Source of the DNA: Takakia lepidozioides
Taxonomy: Eukaryota > Plantae > Bryophyta
NCBI GenBank assembly: GCA_030704615.1
Contig: CM060731.1
Coordinates: forward strand, 76,446,001 to 76,510,000
DNA length: 64,000 nt
Direction: 5' to 3'
Notes under the pieces: generated by a model
Told to the model about the DNA's origin: nothing
The model's database searches: none
What the model saw: only the letters and a program-made list of their open reading frames with translations
In this document: one piece after another, positions 1 through 11,244 of the stretch
Numbering within the stretch: position 1 is the stretch's first letter
Layout: the number at the start of each line of letters is the position of its first letter
Position numbers and translations under genes: made by a program

Positions 1-109
1 GATTGAACCACGAGTATTTATGCAAAGACCTTGTTTCTACTTCTCGCTTCAGTCTCTCACCGCAGACCGTGGTGAAGTCCCGAGTTGAAGAGAGATTCTC
101 AGCATCGCC

Positions 110-1396
110 TTGAAAATGTCTGCGCGCAAGGTTTGTCGCTGGGATCTCTTAGGGTGTCGTCCTGATCCACCAGTGCTCGTGTTCACGGACAAGGAGGTCA
201 TGGACAAGGAGGTGTGGAGTAGGCTACCGTGCGACTTACTGGACAGAGTGTTGGCACGCGTACCTTGTAGAGATCTCTTCCGCTTACTGACGGTGTGCAA
301 GAGGTGGCGATCCCTGCCCGCAACTCCAGGTTTTATTCATCTTTGCAATCAAGTAGGTCCCCATCAAATATTGGAGCCGTTCTTCCTCTTTTGCTTGGCT
401 GATGATAGCATATCAGGCATGGTTATGGAGTTTTGGGATCCTTCAAGGGGCATGTTGCACAAGATGGACCTCTCATTTCTTACACCTCATTGGTTTCATT
501 GTGACGCAATAGAAGGACAAGGTGTGTCACACCATCAACCATCTTCGCACATCCATTCTGCAGATGGAGGTCTCTTTTCCATCAAATCAAGCTGTATCTG
601 TGGGGATTTACACTTCACAGTGTTCAACCCAATGTCGAAGTGTAGCAGACGACTACCTCCAGTGCCGACAATTTACCGAGAAGATAGCAAAAACTCTGTG
701 GGGCAATTGGTGGTGGATAGCCGTACCGGTGGGTACAAGCTTATACTGGTATTTGGTGCAACTTTGCCTACCGGAGGAGTTGGAGTGAATAAGACTTTGG
801 TCTACGACTCTATCTCCGACTCGTGGAATGAGACAGGAAACATGCCTGCACCTCCACTGGGCGACGGATTTTTGAAGTTAGCCAAATGTGGGAACCTGAT
901 ATACGCCATGATCTATCCGGAGACCTCTCGTCGACTTCAAGCTGGATCACTCTTCTACAAATTCTTTGCATATGACATACTTGGCACTGGAGTGTGGGCG
1001 GAGGTTCGGACACAGATCCCCTGCAATCACGCAAGTTCATTTGCATATTTGGTGGAAAGTCGGGGCCACTTGTTGCTGGCTGGAGTTGAGACGAGTAGCA
1101 GACTTAGTGCTCCGTGTTTATGGGAATTGAATGGCTCCAGTCGAGAGTGGAAGCAGTTGCCAAAAATTCCTGAGAAAATATCACACGATTTCTTTGGTGA
1201 TCGTCATCAATGTGGCAGATGGTGGTGGGCATGGCGTGCGGAAGGGTGTGGTGATAAAGTAATTGTGATGCGCTTCAAGTCACGGCAAGTGTTGGTGTTT
1301 GACACTCTACAAAAATCATGGGAGGCACTTCCCTATGATTGTCAGTACAGTAGGCCGCCCAAGGCTGGAAAGTTTTGTATAGGAGTAAATGTGTAA
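110..1396 (+). CDS. F-box protein with kelch-like/F-box-associated C-terminal region (single exon)
   Basis: 428-aa ORF with an N-terminal F-box (VWSRLPCDLLDRVLARVP...LLTVCKRWRSL). Typical plant F-box/kelch motifs follow (SADGGL, VFNPMSK..RRLPP, LVYDS.SDSW, LVESRGHLLL). The true start may be a downstream Met. Confidence 0.9.
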   Translation: MKMSARKVCRWDLLGCRPDPPVLVFTDKEVMDKEVWSRLPCDLLDRVLARVPCRDLFRLLTVCKRWRSLPATPGFIHLCNQVGPHQILEPFFLFCLADDSISGMVMEFWDPSRGMLHKMDLSFLTPHWFHCDAIEGQGVSHHQPSSHIHSADGGLFSIKSSCICGDLHFTVFNPMSKCSRRLPPVPTIYREDSKNSVGQLVVDSRTGGYKLILVFGATLPTGGVGVNKTLVYDSISDSWNETGNMPAPPLGDGFLKLAKCGNLIYAMIYPETSRRLQAGSLFYKFFAYDILGTGVWAEVRTQIPCNHASSFAYLVESRGHLLLAGVETSSRLSAPCLWELNGSSREWKQLPKIPEKISHDFFGDRHQCGRWWWAWRAEGCGDKVIVMRFKSRQVLVFDTLQKSWEALPYDCQYSRPPKAGKFCIGVNV

Positions 1397-1964
1397 TGTT
1401 GAATGATCATTTCATGGATCACAGTTGCAAGTTTTATGACTCTTGGTTAAGTTTAGTGTCCAAGACATGTGGGGGAATCAAGGCAATGTTCAACTCTGAG
1501 TTGTGGGCCTGCACGGAGGAGGCATTTGGCAAGGTCGGGTGTCGTTCCTGCAGCTCCTTCCGAGGCCACATCTCTTAATTCTTCCCATATCTTTTCCATC
1601 AAAAGTCTGAACTGCAGTTGAGGAAAGGAAAACTAGTCTCTATATGTCACCCTGAAGCTTCTCTTGTGCGAGATTGGGCGCTGAAATGTTGGACTAACCT
1701 ACACTATCTTTTATTTGTTTTGTTTGAAGAAGACCACAAAAAACTAGAGACAAATCCGACACTGTCGTGTAATTTATGAGAATAAGAGTCCAAAGAGAAC
1801 GCAGACCAGGTGGGTGAGATTGCGAAGTAAATTTATACAGATACCTGCAGGGGTCATAATCATGCGTCAATGATCAAAGCAACTGTAGATTTTGATGGGT
1901 ATTCATGAGGTTTTTATGAAGAGTGTCCATCTCAAGCTATGGTAGGTTTTGTAGAAATGCCCAT

Positions 1965-3300
1965 CTATTTCAAGCTGAGACTCTCCTTAGTGCTGCATAA
2001 ATAATTCGCTTCTGACTGTTGTGACACATGACCTTGCTGCACCTCTTCGAAACGGCATACACGAGCCTGTGCATACAGTTTTCCTGGCCTGCAGAAGTAA
2101 CCTTTGTCTGGAGCACAGTGGACTCTATCGAATGAGCAAATACACAAGCCCTCTACAGCACAATAATCTTTGACAGTCGACACGCCTCGTGCTCCCGGCT
2201 TGTGAATTCCAAGGACGGCATCCGACCACTCACCGGAAAACTTGAAACCATTGGGTCGAATTTGTCTTTGATTGCTAAGAATTTGGCAACGACGGATGTC
2301 TTTTCTGCAGCTCCTTCAAAGGCCACAACATGATCAGCTACGCGGTCATCCAGTCTGTTAGCGACCTTCCACTGAGATGGATACCACGTTATGTCTCCAA
2401 ACTCGTGAGAATGTGCAAGAGATGAGACAATATTCTCCAAACCCACGTCATCCTCGAGCGTGTTTGTAACAGCCCGTTTAAACATGGGCACCACCTTTAG
2501 GGTGACCTGGGACACAGCACCAAGTACTCCCAGAGAGACCCGGGCTGCCTTCAGAGCGTTCTCATCTCATCAGAATGTGAGTTCAGGGTTATAAGCTCCG
2601 CAAACCCTTTCTCTGGTGGTGCTGGAATGACGAGGCTGATTCCTGTCACATACTCATGCAATGCGGTGCAGGCCCCGTTGGGTGGACGCACAGTTCTTGA
2701 GCGCAGGCCCCACGACGTTGCTCGACGGCGGCTGTGTTGCGGCCGCACAGGCTGCCCTCCCACAATCCGTTGAGTACGTGGCAAACCATGAGTGATTGAG
2801 ATGGTGTGTAATCCAACGGCCCACAACACACGTGAAAATGACCCAGGACGCGTGGACCTATCTGATCTGGTGCGCGCTTCCCAGAACGTACGCTCGGCTG
2901 AATAAGGCCGTCTCTTCGCGTTGGAGAACTCGGTTGCCCGGGCGCGAGGGCGCCAGTCTAGGAATGAACGTCTGACAACCTTGCGCGCCGAGGCCCCGCG
3001 TTATGGGAGCTGCGTTCCTCGAACGTATTTGGCCTGTGTGGCCCTGGTATGAGCACCAGGAGCTAGCAGTCCAACAATTGAAACGTCAGCCCAGTAAGGC
3101 GAGTGTGAGAGAGCGAGCCCATAAGTCGCAAGTCTATCAATCAAGTCTCCCAACTGCACGCCGCTATCCACGGTGACAGTATAAGCTTCTTCATCTATAA
3201 TAATGTTGGACGCATAATCACTCGTATTAATGAAAAGTCCTTGATCTCCACCTAGGCATACAAGCTTGCGGGTACTATGGCACTCCTTATTGACTTTCAC
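1965..3300 (-). pseudogene. L-gulonolactone oxidase-like (FAD-linked oxidase) pseudogene
   Basis: Fragments VTVDSGVQLGDLID..LALSHSPYW..VSIVGLLAPGAH, HEYVTGISLVIPA, VSLGVLGAVSQVTLK, FGDITWYPSQ, KDKFDP and C-terminal [28 protein letters not shown] match plant GULLO proteins. They are split over several frames, with a ~380-bp GC-rich insertion (~2665-3045) and an apparent large internal deletion. Confidence 0.85.
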
Positions 3301-3519
3301 TGTTCAACTATCACTATTATACTACACATTCATATATGATTAGACATGCAATCACCATTCAATGCTCTCTAATTTATCTTTCTTCTCATCTTCTCCATAC
3401 ACACAGCGCGAGTTTATGCTATGCTACAAAATCAACACCAACAAATAACCATCACACACTATATGTTGAAGTACTTTTAGCTGTAATTGTATAGTTCAAA
3501 GGGGGCCTTACCGTGCATG

Positions 3520-3709
3520 AAGCACCGCTAGAAAATTCGACACGTGTCCTTTTGTAAGTACCCTAGGGCGGTTACATTTGTGTAAGTATCCCCGCCAGGC
3601 TGGCTGTACAGGGTGTTTACCCAAATGTAAGGCGTTTGCCAGGGCCCACGGGTACCATTCACCTGAGCAAGTGCCCTAAAAATACAAAGAGAATTTTCGA
3701 CCGGTGCTT
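3520..3709. mobile_element. Small MITE-like element
   Basis: Imperfect terminal inverted repeats AAGCACCGCTAGAAAATTC (3520) and GAATTTTCGACCGGTGCTT (ends 3709). No clear TSD. Confidence 0.4.
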
Positions 3710-3894
3710 TACGTCAAAATAAGCTCTTTTGTCGTTACAAATGCAGCAATATACTCTCACTTTGTGATGCTACTTACTATGCAGACTTGTTTTGTACTTC
3801 CCCACCAAATATTAAGGCCCCCATTGAGTAGAAGCACATAGCCAGATTGGATTTGCGATCATCAAGATCATCACAGAAGGCTACCAATACATCC

Positions 3895-4055
3895 CATGTG
3901 CCACCCCTTTGAGCATTTGTCGCATACCAACATGGTCGCGGCACCACCAGCATGCAACGCAACCCTGCAGATATCACTGCAAGGTTGGGATCTATCATCC
4001 CATCCACATGTGGAAGGTGACATGACGCACAATTATACACATGGTCCTTCCATAC
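3895..4055 (-). mobile_element. Relic of the integrase C-terminus/PHD region of the DNMT-Gypsy family
   Basis: Translation NCASCHLPHVDGMIDPNLAVISAGLRCML aligns with NCAPCHLPNVDGRVDPNLAVVPAGLRCML of the integrase ORF 23982-25943. Confidence 0.85.
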
Positions 4056-4064
4056 CTAACTAAG

Positions 4065-4714
4065 TCGTGGCTAGGACTTCCTTTGCAGATAGGGCGACAC
4101 TTCTAGCCCCATAATAAACATCCCAGGTTCTCATTAGTCGAAGTTGGTCCTTTCACTCTGAACTAGCTCTCTTCTTAGAGATTATAATTGAGAACTTGAG
4201 AGTGGACAGTACTGCAGGCACATGCTCCCTAGCTACTCTTAGGTTCCTATGATCTTTTATGCCCGGTGCCTTCCGGATGTTCAAAAAGAGGACTATTGAA
4301 ATAACCGGAACCGTTGTTCCGGGATTACAAGTCCTCTGGAGCACAGAGAACACAACAGTCTGGATTGCAGGGGAGGAGGGGACTAAGAGAATTACGAAGA
4401 GAGGGAGACGGCGTTATCCTGAGCGGATTGGGGTCTTTCAACGGGTTTGGAGATCGCGCTCTGGACACGGTCGGCGCATTTGGAGCTGGCGGTGGTAGAC
4501 CGTGACGAAATGTTGGACCGGTTGCTTGAACGTGACACTACTTGAGTGGTGCCAAAGCGACGTTGAAGGCCATTGCAGAGCTCGACGAAGGTGCGGGGCT
4601 TGTAAATGCGGAACCACTGCTGGGCTGCGCCTTTCAAGCACAGTCGTGCCAGCAGCAGAATGTTGGGATCATCGTACCCATGAATCTGCTGCACTCTATT
4701 CATCTTCTCCTTCC
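4065..4714. repeat. 650-bp near-identical direct duplication, copy 1 (copy 2 at 7748-8397)
   Basis: Both copies run from TCGTGG(C/T)AGGACTTCC to CATCTTCTCCTTCC, have the same length and differ by few substitutions. Confidence 0.95.
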
Positions 4715-4889
4715 TAAGATAGTCTGACACAGCCGACGTTAGTTAGGTGCTTAGAACAGCTTGCGGGTAGATTAGGCAGGACGGCAACAGGAAGATGATC
4801 ACTTCTTGAGGAGGGCGACTTGTTCAGGAGAGGAGGAGACGTAACGGAGAGCGGAAACAGTGAAGAGGAGATGATGACTTGATTGAGGC

Positions 4890-5120
4890 TTAATTCATGT
4901 TGCACGATTTCTTTGCAATCGATAGTGAATTTGGTGGCCTGTGTTGGCATGCGGAAGGATGTGGTGATCACTTAGTTTTGGCACGCTTTAAATCACAAGC
5001 GCTGATATTTGACATTTTACACAAAAATCGTGGATGTATGTTCATAATCCTGATTCACTTCCCTCTTGGAAGAAGAGGACGATGGCCGGAAAGTTTTGCA
5101 CAGGAATTATAAATGTGTAA
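4890..5120 (+). pseudogene. 3' fragment of an F-box paralog of 110-1396
   Basis: HDFF...WHAEGCGDHLVLARFKSQALIFDILHK aligns with HDFF...WRAEGCGDKVIVMRFKSRQVLVFDTLQK. The shared end GGAAAGTTTTG..AAATGTGTAA is also present. The 5' part is missing. Confidence 0.8.
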
Positions 5121-5256
5121 TTTTGAGTGCTGATCATTTCTATAGATTTCCATGGAAGAGGGATTTGCAAGTGGACAATTTCCAGGGTCCGTGGTGTATA
5201 GATCTACTATAACATCAATTGCTTAATGCGAGTGTAGCTTCCATGCCTGCATCTTT

Positions 5257-7285
5257 TCAGCTTCTCGTGCCCTTTTACGTTTCTCGTCCAGTACCCTTTT
5301 CCTGTTGTCCTCATTACCCCAGTACTGTACAAGCCAACACAGCTCGAATCCAACACAAACTTAGATCTTTTTTGAAGAAATGTGAGCCTGCATTAGTGTT
5401 ATGAAATAGAGAGGCGCTGAGACTTCTAAGTCAAAGACCAGATGTCAATGGTTTTTGCATAATTGCATGAGAAACCTTGTGCATCAAGCCATATTCTCAC
5501 ATATCAGGAGTGAAGACATGGAGCACCTGGCGCAGAGGTCGAAGGAGTTGCAGATTGTGCGCCTTGATGCAAAATGGCTGCATTGCTGGGAGTGCTTTCA
5601 CACCCTTGCTCCAGTAGGTCTCAATCTGCTCCAATCCCCAGTTTCCTTAAGCATTTAATTCTAGTCTCTCCTGCCACACTACGCCCTACATGTGCACTAA
5701 AGTTGGCTCACTACTACAGTAAGAATATTTTTCTCGAGTTCTTACTGCCTTCAAGGAGGTTCAAGAGCCTTAATGTTTCGTCACCAGTTGAAGAATACCG
5801 TTTAAAACTGTTACCGTAAAAGTATGCTCTAGTGGTGATGATCCTTCACTTTCTTCGACCACTCGACCTGCCACTGTCCTTGTGCATAGATTACTGGCAG
5901 TCCCTCCCTTAAGTGTGCCGATCCTTCTGTTAGGCAACACCATGAAATAATTATCAGCATTTTCTCTTGGGTGCTGTTCTCACAAGCTTATGTTAGCACT
6001 AATTATGCAACTGGGAATCATAACGGCCGCAGCCTTCAGGTGGTGATTATGATCAGCTTGTGGTTCTCCTCTAACATATACATGAATTGAGGATTTGTGT
6101 ACAGAAACCTTGAACAGAAAACTTCAATCACACAGATTGTAATTCAGCTAATGAAGAAGTAGGAAAACTTGGTCAAAGGAGCCTGGCTTACCCATCCATT
6201 ATTTTCTGTTCAAACAGTATGACATCACCTATGCACACATCACCTTAGTCCCACCAACCACATCCCAGCAAGTCAGATTTAAGACCCCTCTCCTTAACAC
6301 AAGTTCAGTACACTGCAAAAGGCGAGCAAATGACGCACAAATTCCAAGCAACATTACATGCAATGCGAGGCCAAGTCACAAAATGTCAAAAGCAATTGAA
6401 ATCATGGCAGAAAGTTTTTAGCTACCCTGCCCTGACTCTCTCTAGACTAAATCTAATTCAGCACAAGATATTACGGAAGATTGAATAGTCTTCTGGCAAC
6501 CAGTGATCAATACTCAATCCAACAAGTTCAATGTTGTCAGCCTCATTGAAACGCCTATGTTCTAACTCAACAGAAGGTTATGTACAGCATTTCCAGAATC
6601 TTGAAAAACTATGAATCGAAAGTTCAGAGAGTGGACTGGCCTGTGCAGTTCAGCACGAAAAAGTTTCGCGGGTATTTGAGGATACCGTTTCCACCTGTCA
6701 CTCTATAAAACAAGCAGACATGTACAAATGAGAAATTTGTGAAAGCCCAGGCTTGATATCTTTGTGGTACTTAGGAAAGAGTACTTGAGGAGCGTCTGCG
6801 CACGGGTATGTTTCTCTTGATCATGCAGTGTCCTGAGACAATGACATCAGGACTGGAACATAACCATGGGCTTTCCTTGCTGAGCAGCTGAATGATCAAG
6901 CCTACAAGACATGTTGCCAAATTTCCGGCAGGCCGCAGGTTAATGTAAGTACTTATAGAGCCAAGGTCATTCAGTGCTACTTGGTCAAATCCATCTGGAC
7001 AACAGTTGCGTTTTGCTACCTTTTTGATAAACTGCGACTAATATGGTCAACAGAGAAAACTCACTCCATATGAGTCCTGATGCGGTCAAAGAGCTCCGTC
7101 TTGGAGCCTGACAAGCGCAAACCATAGCATCGCAGATAGAATGTGCAAAAGTCTACCGTCATGTTCTTCCAATTTCCTTCTGCATGATTTGCAGGCGATC
7201 CCAGTCTTACTGTAGTGTCATTTCTCATTAGCCTCTCTAGCTCCTCGGAACTGGTACCGACCTTATCAATCAGTTTCTCCACCTT
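5257..7285 (-). CDS. Multi-exon SAP-domain protein (zinc finger CCCH domain-containing protein 62-like family); 5' end unresolved
   Basis: Exons read on the minus strand: SAP domain CTFYLRCYGLRLSGSKTELFDRIRTH (~7061-7282), KYPRNFFVLNCT (~6640-6700), GDVCIGDVILFEQK (~6195-6245), TRTVAGRVVEESEGSSPLEHTFT (~5815-5910), IETYWSKGVKALPAMQPFCIKAHNL..LRQ (~5528-5625) and YWGNEDNRKRVLDEKRKKG to TGA at 5257. Order and GT-AG borders match the plant family. Confidence 0.75.
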
Positions 7286-7747
7286 CTAGAAGCTCAAAAA
7301 ACTCCCAAGTACTACAATTCAGATCACCACAACCAAGTTGCATGACAATCATAGCTCGCTATGTACGAGTGCTATGAAATCCCTTCTCTGTGTTGAAGAT
7401 TTTATAACCTAGACAAAGGTACCTACAGAGTTCGGACAACTACTTAGAACTGTTTTCTAATCCTTCCCTGGTCAGTAGATCCATGATCCAAGATCTATAG
7501 TTTTGAGCAAGTACAGAGTTTGCCAAGACACAAGTTGCTAGCACGCACTAATAATTCGACTGAAAGAAAGTTATAAAGCGATGACCATAGCATACTGCGT
7601 GCGATGGCGTAGAAATGGTACTAGCCCGAAAAGGATAGAGAGAGGACATACTCATGGCACAATGGATCGCTTGTTTGAATCGTATCAGCGCCTCTTGCCA
7701 GTCACATGAAAGCTGGCAGCAGCTACTGGGAAGATCGTTAAGGCCAC

Positions 7748-8397
7748 TCGTGGCCAGGACTTCCTTTGCAGATAGGGCGACACTTCTAGCCCCATAATAA
7801 ACATCCCAGGTTCTCATTAGTCGAAGTTGGTCCTTTCACTCTGAACTAGCTCTCTTCTTAGAGATTATAATCGAGAACTTGAGAGTGGACAGTACTGCAG
7901 GCACATGCTCCCTGGCTACTCTTCGCTTCCTATGATCTTTTATGCCCGGTGCCTTCCGGACGTTCAAAAAGAGGACTATTGAAATAACCGAAACCGTTGT
8001 TCCGGGATTACAAGTCCTCTGGAGCACAGAGAACACAACAGTCTGGATTGCAGGGGAGGAGGGGACTAAGAGAATTACGAAGAGAGGGAGACGGCGTTAT
8101 CCTGAGCGGATTGGGGTCTTTCAACGGGTTTGGAGATCGCGCTCTGGACACGATCGGCGCATTTGGAGCTGGCGGTGGTCGACCGTGACGAAATGTTGGA
8201 CCGGTTGCTTGAACGTGACACTACTTGAGTGGTGCCAAAGCGACGTTGAAGGCCATTGCAGAGCTCGACGAAGGTGCGGGGCTTGTAAATGCGGAACCAC
8301 TGCTGGGCTGCGCCTTTCAAGCACAGTCGTGCCAGCAGCAGAATGTTGGGATCATCGTACCCATGAATCTGCTGCACTCTGTTCATCTTCTCCTTCC
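7748..8397. repeat. 650-bp near-identical direct duplication, copy 2 (probable source copy)
   Basis: See copy 1. This copy continues into an ATG-initiated ORF. Confidence 0.95.
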
Positions 8398-8449
8398 ACA
8401 CCAGTGGATCCTCCTTGCCATCGTACCGCAGCTCATCCTGAAACTCCAT
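8075..8449 (-). CDS. Short retrotransposon Gag (capsid)-like ORF
   Basis: YDGKEDPLVWKEKMNRVQQIHGYDD..ILLLARLCLKGAAQQWF....PRTFVELCNGLQRRFG fits the Ty3 Gag pattern (F/YDG..D...W...; L.G.A..W; W/F..L...L..RF). No pol or LTR is nearby. Confidence 0.6.
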   Translation of the reverse strand: MEFQDELRYDGKEDPLVWKEKMNRVQQIHGYDDPNILLLARLCLKGAAQQWFRIYKPRTFVELCNGLQRRFGTTQVVSRSSNRSNISSRSTTASSKCADRVQSAISKPVERPQSAQDNAVSLSS

Positions 8450-9235
8450 CTCGAGATCGAAAACTCTCTCTCTCTCTCTCTCTCGATCGATCCCAAGACG
8501 AAAATTGGAGAAGAGGGTGTGTCTGTGCGCAGCTCAACTGTCACTAACTAACTTGCTGGCCGCGCGCACTCATCGATGAAAGGAACCCATCACTTCCATC
8601 CACGCGGAGATTGCTTAGCTTAACCTGCATCAGGCTCTCCGCAACCTCAAGTTCTCTCTCGTTTATCTCGTTTATGTAGAACTTTCTGCGACACATGTTC
8701 TCCTACTTGCGTACTTGAGATTCATGGCACCAGACCTGCAGACGGAGATCTTACTATACAATTTGAGGATTGCGAAAAGTCAAAAATTTCCCTTGGTTTT
8801 GGGACGACGTGTCGCAGTAAGGAGCAGAGTGGCATGCTGCATGGGCTGACCATGCAGCCCATGCATGCAGCGCGTGGGGTGGCGCTTCTTTGTGCGTTCC
8901 TACTCTTCAGCGCTGCGGTGTTTTTCTTGTACCCATGCAGATTGAACACAGCCTTGGGAGTAGACAAGATCACAGGCAAACATGTCGATGTTGGAAGTAA
9001 GCACTTGATTGTCCTGAGCTCGAATGTACTGTATAATTTCCAGATGGACTGCATGTTAACAGTTTGTCCACTTCCGCGCGCTGCAGTGTGCAGGAAATAT
9101 TGGAATTTATAGTTCGCAGAGCAGTTTTCCTCTCGATACGCCTGCATGCATGTTGAGCGCTTTCCGAATCGGTGGATGGATACGGTGTGTAGATCTGTAG
9201 GAAGATGGCGCGAGTGGGAGTGAACTGATGCGTGT

Positions 9236-10277
9236 ATGCGGAAATCGATTGCTGCGCAGGGGACAGCAAATGTGCGACGGGTGCTTGCGAGAGCCTTAAC
9301 AGCCCAATTTAGGAGGGCGGCCAGTTCAGCGAGGCAGGTGAGAGCGCCGGCAACATATAACCGGCCGAAAATCGATCTTGCTGAGGTGTCTCCTCTTCGT
9401 ATGGAGAGGACGTCGCCGAACGCAGAAACGTACATCCCTCGCTTATTGCATCCGGAAGAGTAAGTGTGTTTATGATCTTGCAACTGGTATTCATTGTTGG
9501 TTACTCTCTTCCCATGGCTGAATACGTTGGGTCGAGTACTGTGAATTACTGAACTTTATAGCTGGACATGGAAAGAGCTTCTCTTTATGAAGTTCACATT
9601 GGATTGATGGCCCGTGGGGAAGAAGGAAAGAAAATTCTAAAGATGTGCTTTATTCATACGTCTACTGGAAGAGCTCAAAGAGCTTAGTAAACTGTACAGG
9701 TCTAGGGTGAAAGTAGAGAAAGAGAGGGATCGAACAACACAATTTCGAGAGGGCAGGGAGAAATATTCCTTCAAGTGCTCAAGGAAAACGATGTGGTCTA
9801 AGCTCCATCCAGTTATAAGCAGAAGTCATAATTTTGAATTTGGTAAGATTCTTGTCATTTGTTTTTCAAAGCAGCTATTGCTTCATGATCAGTTGGACAT
9901 CTGACAAGACAGCATGGGCCACATGCCATGGTTGTGATGCTGCCAGGAAGAAGCTGTGGAAGCGAGAAGCGTTCCACTTGTTCCCAATGTTTGCGATGGT
10001 GAGTTTAGCGTTTTTGCTTGCTATGATCACATCAATTCATCATCTGGTGTATGACCCAGAGGTCTTGGTCGACAAGAAGAAGCGCGCGTACATGGTACCA
10101 CCGCTGGATATTCCCCAATGGACTATTGTGAAAGCAGTCAAGTATATCTTCCGTAGTCCCTACCGACGCTTTGCCTACGAAGTGACGGGAGACCCCATAC
10201 CTATCTTACCCTCAACTGAAGATGGAGCGATCCTTAGGGCAGTGAAGAACCCTCCTCCACCTCCTGTGCCTCCATGA
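9236..10277 (+). CDS. B12D/NDUFA4 (MLRQ)-like small membrane protein, 2 exons (9236-9459, 9947-10277)
   Basis: Donor GA|GTAAGT at 9460 and acceptor CCAG|G at 9946 join in frame (PEEKKLW). The product has a hydrophobic helix followed by HLVYDPEVLVDKKKR, similar to plant B12D-family proteins. Confidence 0.65.
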
Positions 10278-11244
10278 GCTCACACTTTCAATAAGTGTAG
10301 ATCTCAGGGTAGTGAAGGCAGCACAGCTTCGATTTGGTGTATAATTGTAAGCTCAAGTTCAATTTTTTTTTGTATAGGTTTTGGTGCCATATATTGGTGT
10401 GTCTGATACAATCTTTACCACTCCTCATGCATAAACTTCTCAGTTCTGCATCTTCTTCGTGCTTATCAAAAGATAGAAGCATTTGAGCACGTCTGATTTT
10501 GTCAACCTGGAGTGTATATACGTTATGTGGTTTAGAGACAATCAATGGCATACTCAACGACAAATTCTCTAACAAGATAAGTGACATTAGGATAATGATG
10601 CTAACGGATATCAGGAAACTTGTTCTGGTTGAATGTTGCGCTCGTCACGATTCCAAGGACTGTTTCAGTTCCATGAGTGAATTGTTACCTCTCTTATACT
10701 GCGGTACCAGGCTGGGAAATGGCTAAAGGTGGATAAATCCATTCGGATGCACAAATTGGTCAAAGTGGAGCAGCACCGATGATGGGCTACACATTCTGGA
10801 AGCCAGATGCCCACACTCACCGTCCCCGCGTTTCTCTAGGAGCTTTCAATCATCCACTTCTCCAAGAAAGAGAGCACTTCATGATACATGAGAGTCGGAA
10901 TGCTCTGGAGAATGTTGGAAGAACTTTAAGTTTGTCTCTAACTGCATGTAATTGTACTGAGATACTAAACATACTTCTAAATAAGCTTAGGGAGGCCCAT
11001 AAGCTTCACAGGAAGCCCACCAAGAGAGTCGTTGGGACACATAACAAAAGATAAATAGAAGTCTCCTTCATTCCTCCATAGGAAGTGGATTTGTTAAAGA
11101 GTCCCAATGACTGAAATTCCAGAAATAATCCAGATGCAAAAAGGTCTTCCAGATTGGAAACCACAGTGCTGTCATCATTCAACTTTCAGTCAAAGGATGT
11201 CCTAGACTGCACCTACAGCAGTTTGTGTTCAGGGCCAAATTGGT

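Noticed and set aside
8722-9483. 253-aa minus-strand ORF
   Set aside because: It has no recognisable domain and overlaps the first exon of the B12D-like gene on the opposite strand.
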